Assembly: GCA_020722415.1 (NCBI GenBank)
Contig: DYKV01000002.1
Location: 15,718 to 59,323 of the forward strand
DNA length: 43,606 bases
Source of the DNA: Anaerolinea sp.
GTDB taxonomy: Bacteria; Chloroflexota; Anaerolineae; Anaerolineales; UBA4823
Direction of reading: 5' to 3'
This document shows positions 43,606-43,606 of the stretch, piece after piece. A model generated the notes under the pieces. It searched no databases, was not told the origin of the DNA, and saw only the letters and a list, made by a program, of their open reading frames with translations. The position numbers and the translations under genes were made by a program. Each line of letters begins with the position of its first letter. Position 1 is the stretch's first letter.

Positions 43606-43606
43606 T

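Noticed and set aside
1-43606. Stop-codon reassignment
   Set aside because: Long conserved genes (PolA, NrdJ, helicase, primase) are intact in the standard code, and TAA, TAG and TGA all end genes

Overview
This is a 43.6 kb, densely coding segment of a tailed dsDNA phage genome in standard genetic code. No integrase, capsid or terminase lies inside the window. Positions 1-6.5 kb are the end of a tail/baseplate module (repeat-rich tail protein, Dit-like protein, 980-aa hub-like protein), followed by Cys-rich proteins and an SPFH protein. Positions 6.5-10.6 kb are a minus-strand block: DEDDh exonuclease, DUF5664-type dATP/dGTP diphosphohydrolase and primase-SF3 helicase. A ~95-bp imperfect palindrome separates this block from a long plus-strand replication/metabolism region. 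That region encodes two ParB-like proteins, an SSB-like protein, dCMP deaminase, a degenerate ThyX-like protein, a SNF2 helicase, an NDP-sugar C-methyltransferase next to an HMW1C-type GT41 protein glycosyltransferase, an RNA ligase, two metallophosphoesterases, PhoH, two tRNA-Thr(UGU) genes that both lack the near-invariant U33, a divergent family A DNA polymerase, VRR-NUC, a sigma-like factor, a PD-(D/E)XK nuclease, a BCS1-type AAA ATPase followed by a DNA-methyltransferase relic, a purine-salvage trio (NDT, PRTase, GMP reductase), an FkbM methyltransferase, ThyX and class II RNR. The best candidates for new biology are (i) a tRNA repair/replacement module with anomalous tRNA-Thr genes, (ii) a phage-encoded protein glycosylation/sugar-methylation module, and (iii) a nucleotide-pool remodelling set paired with a polymerase that has altered conserved motifs. 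All family calls come from motif recognition by eye, not from database searches.
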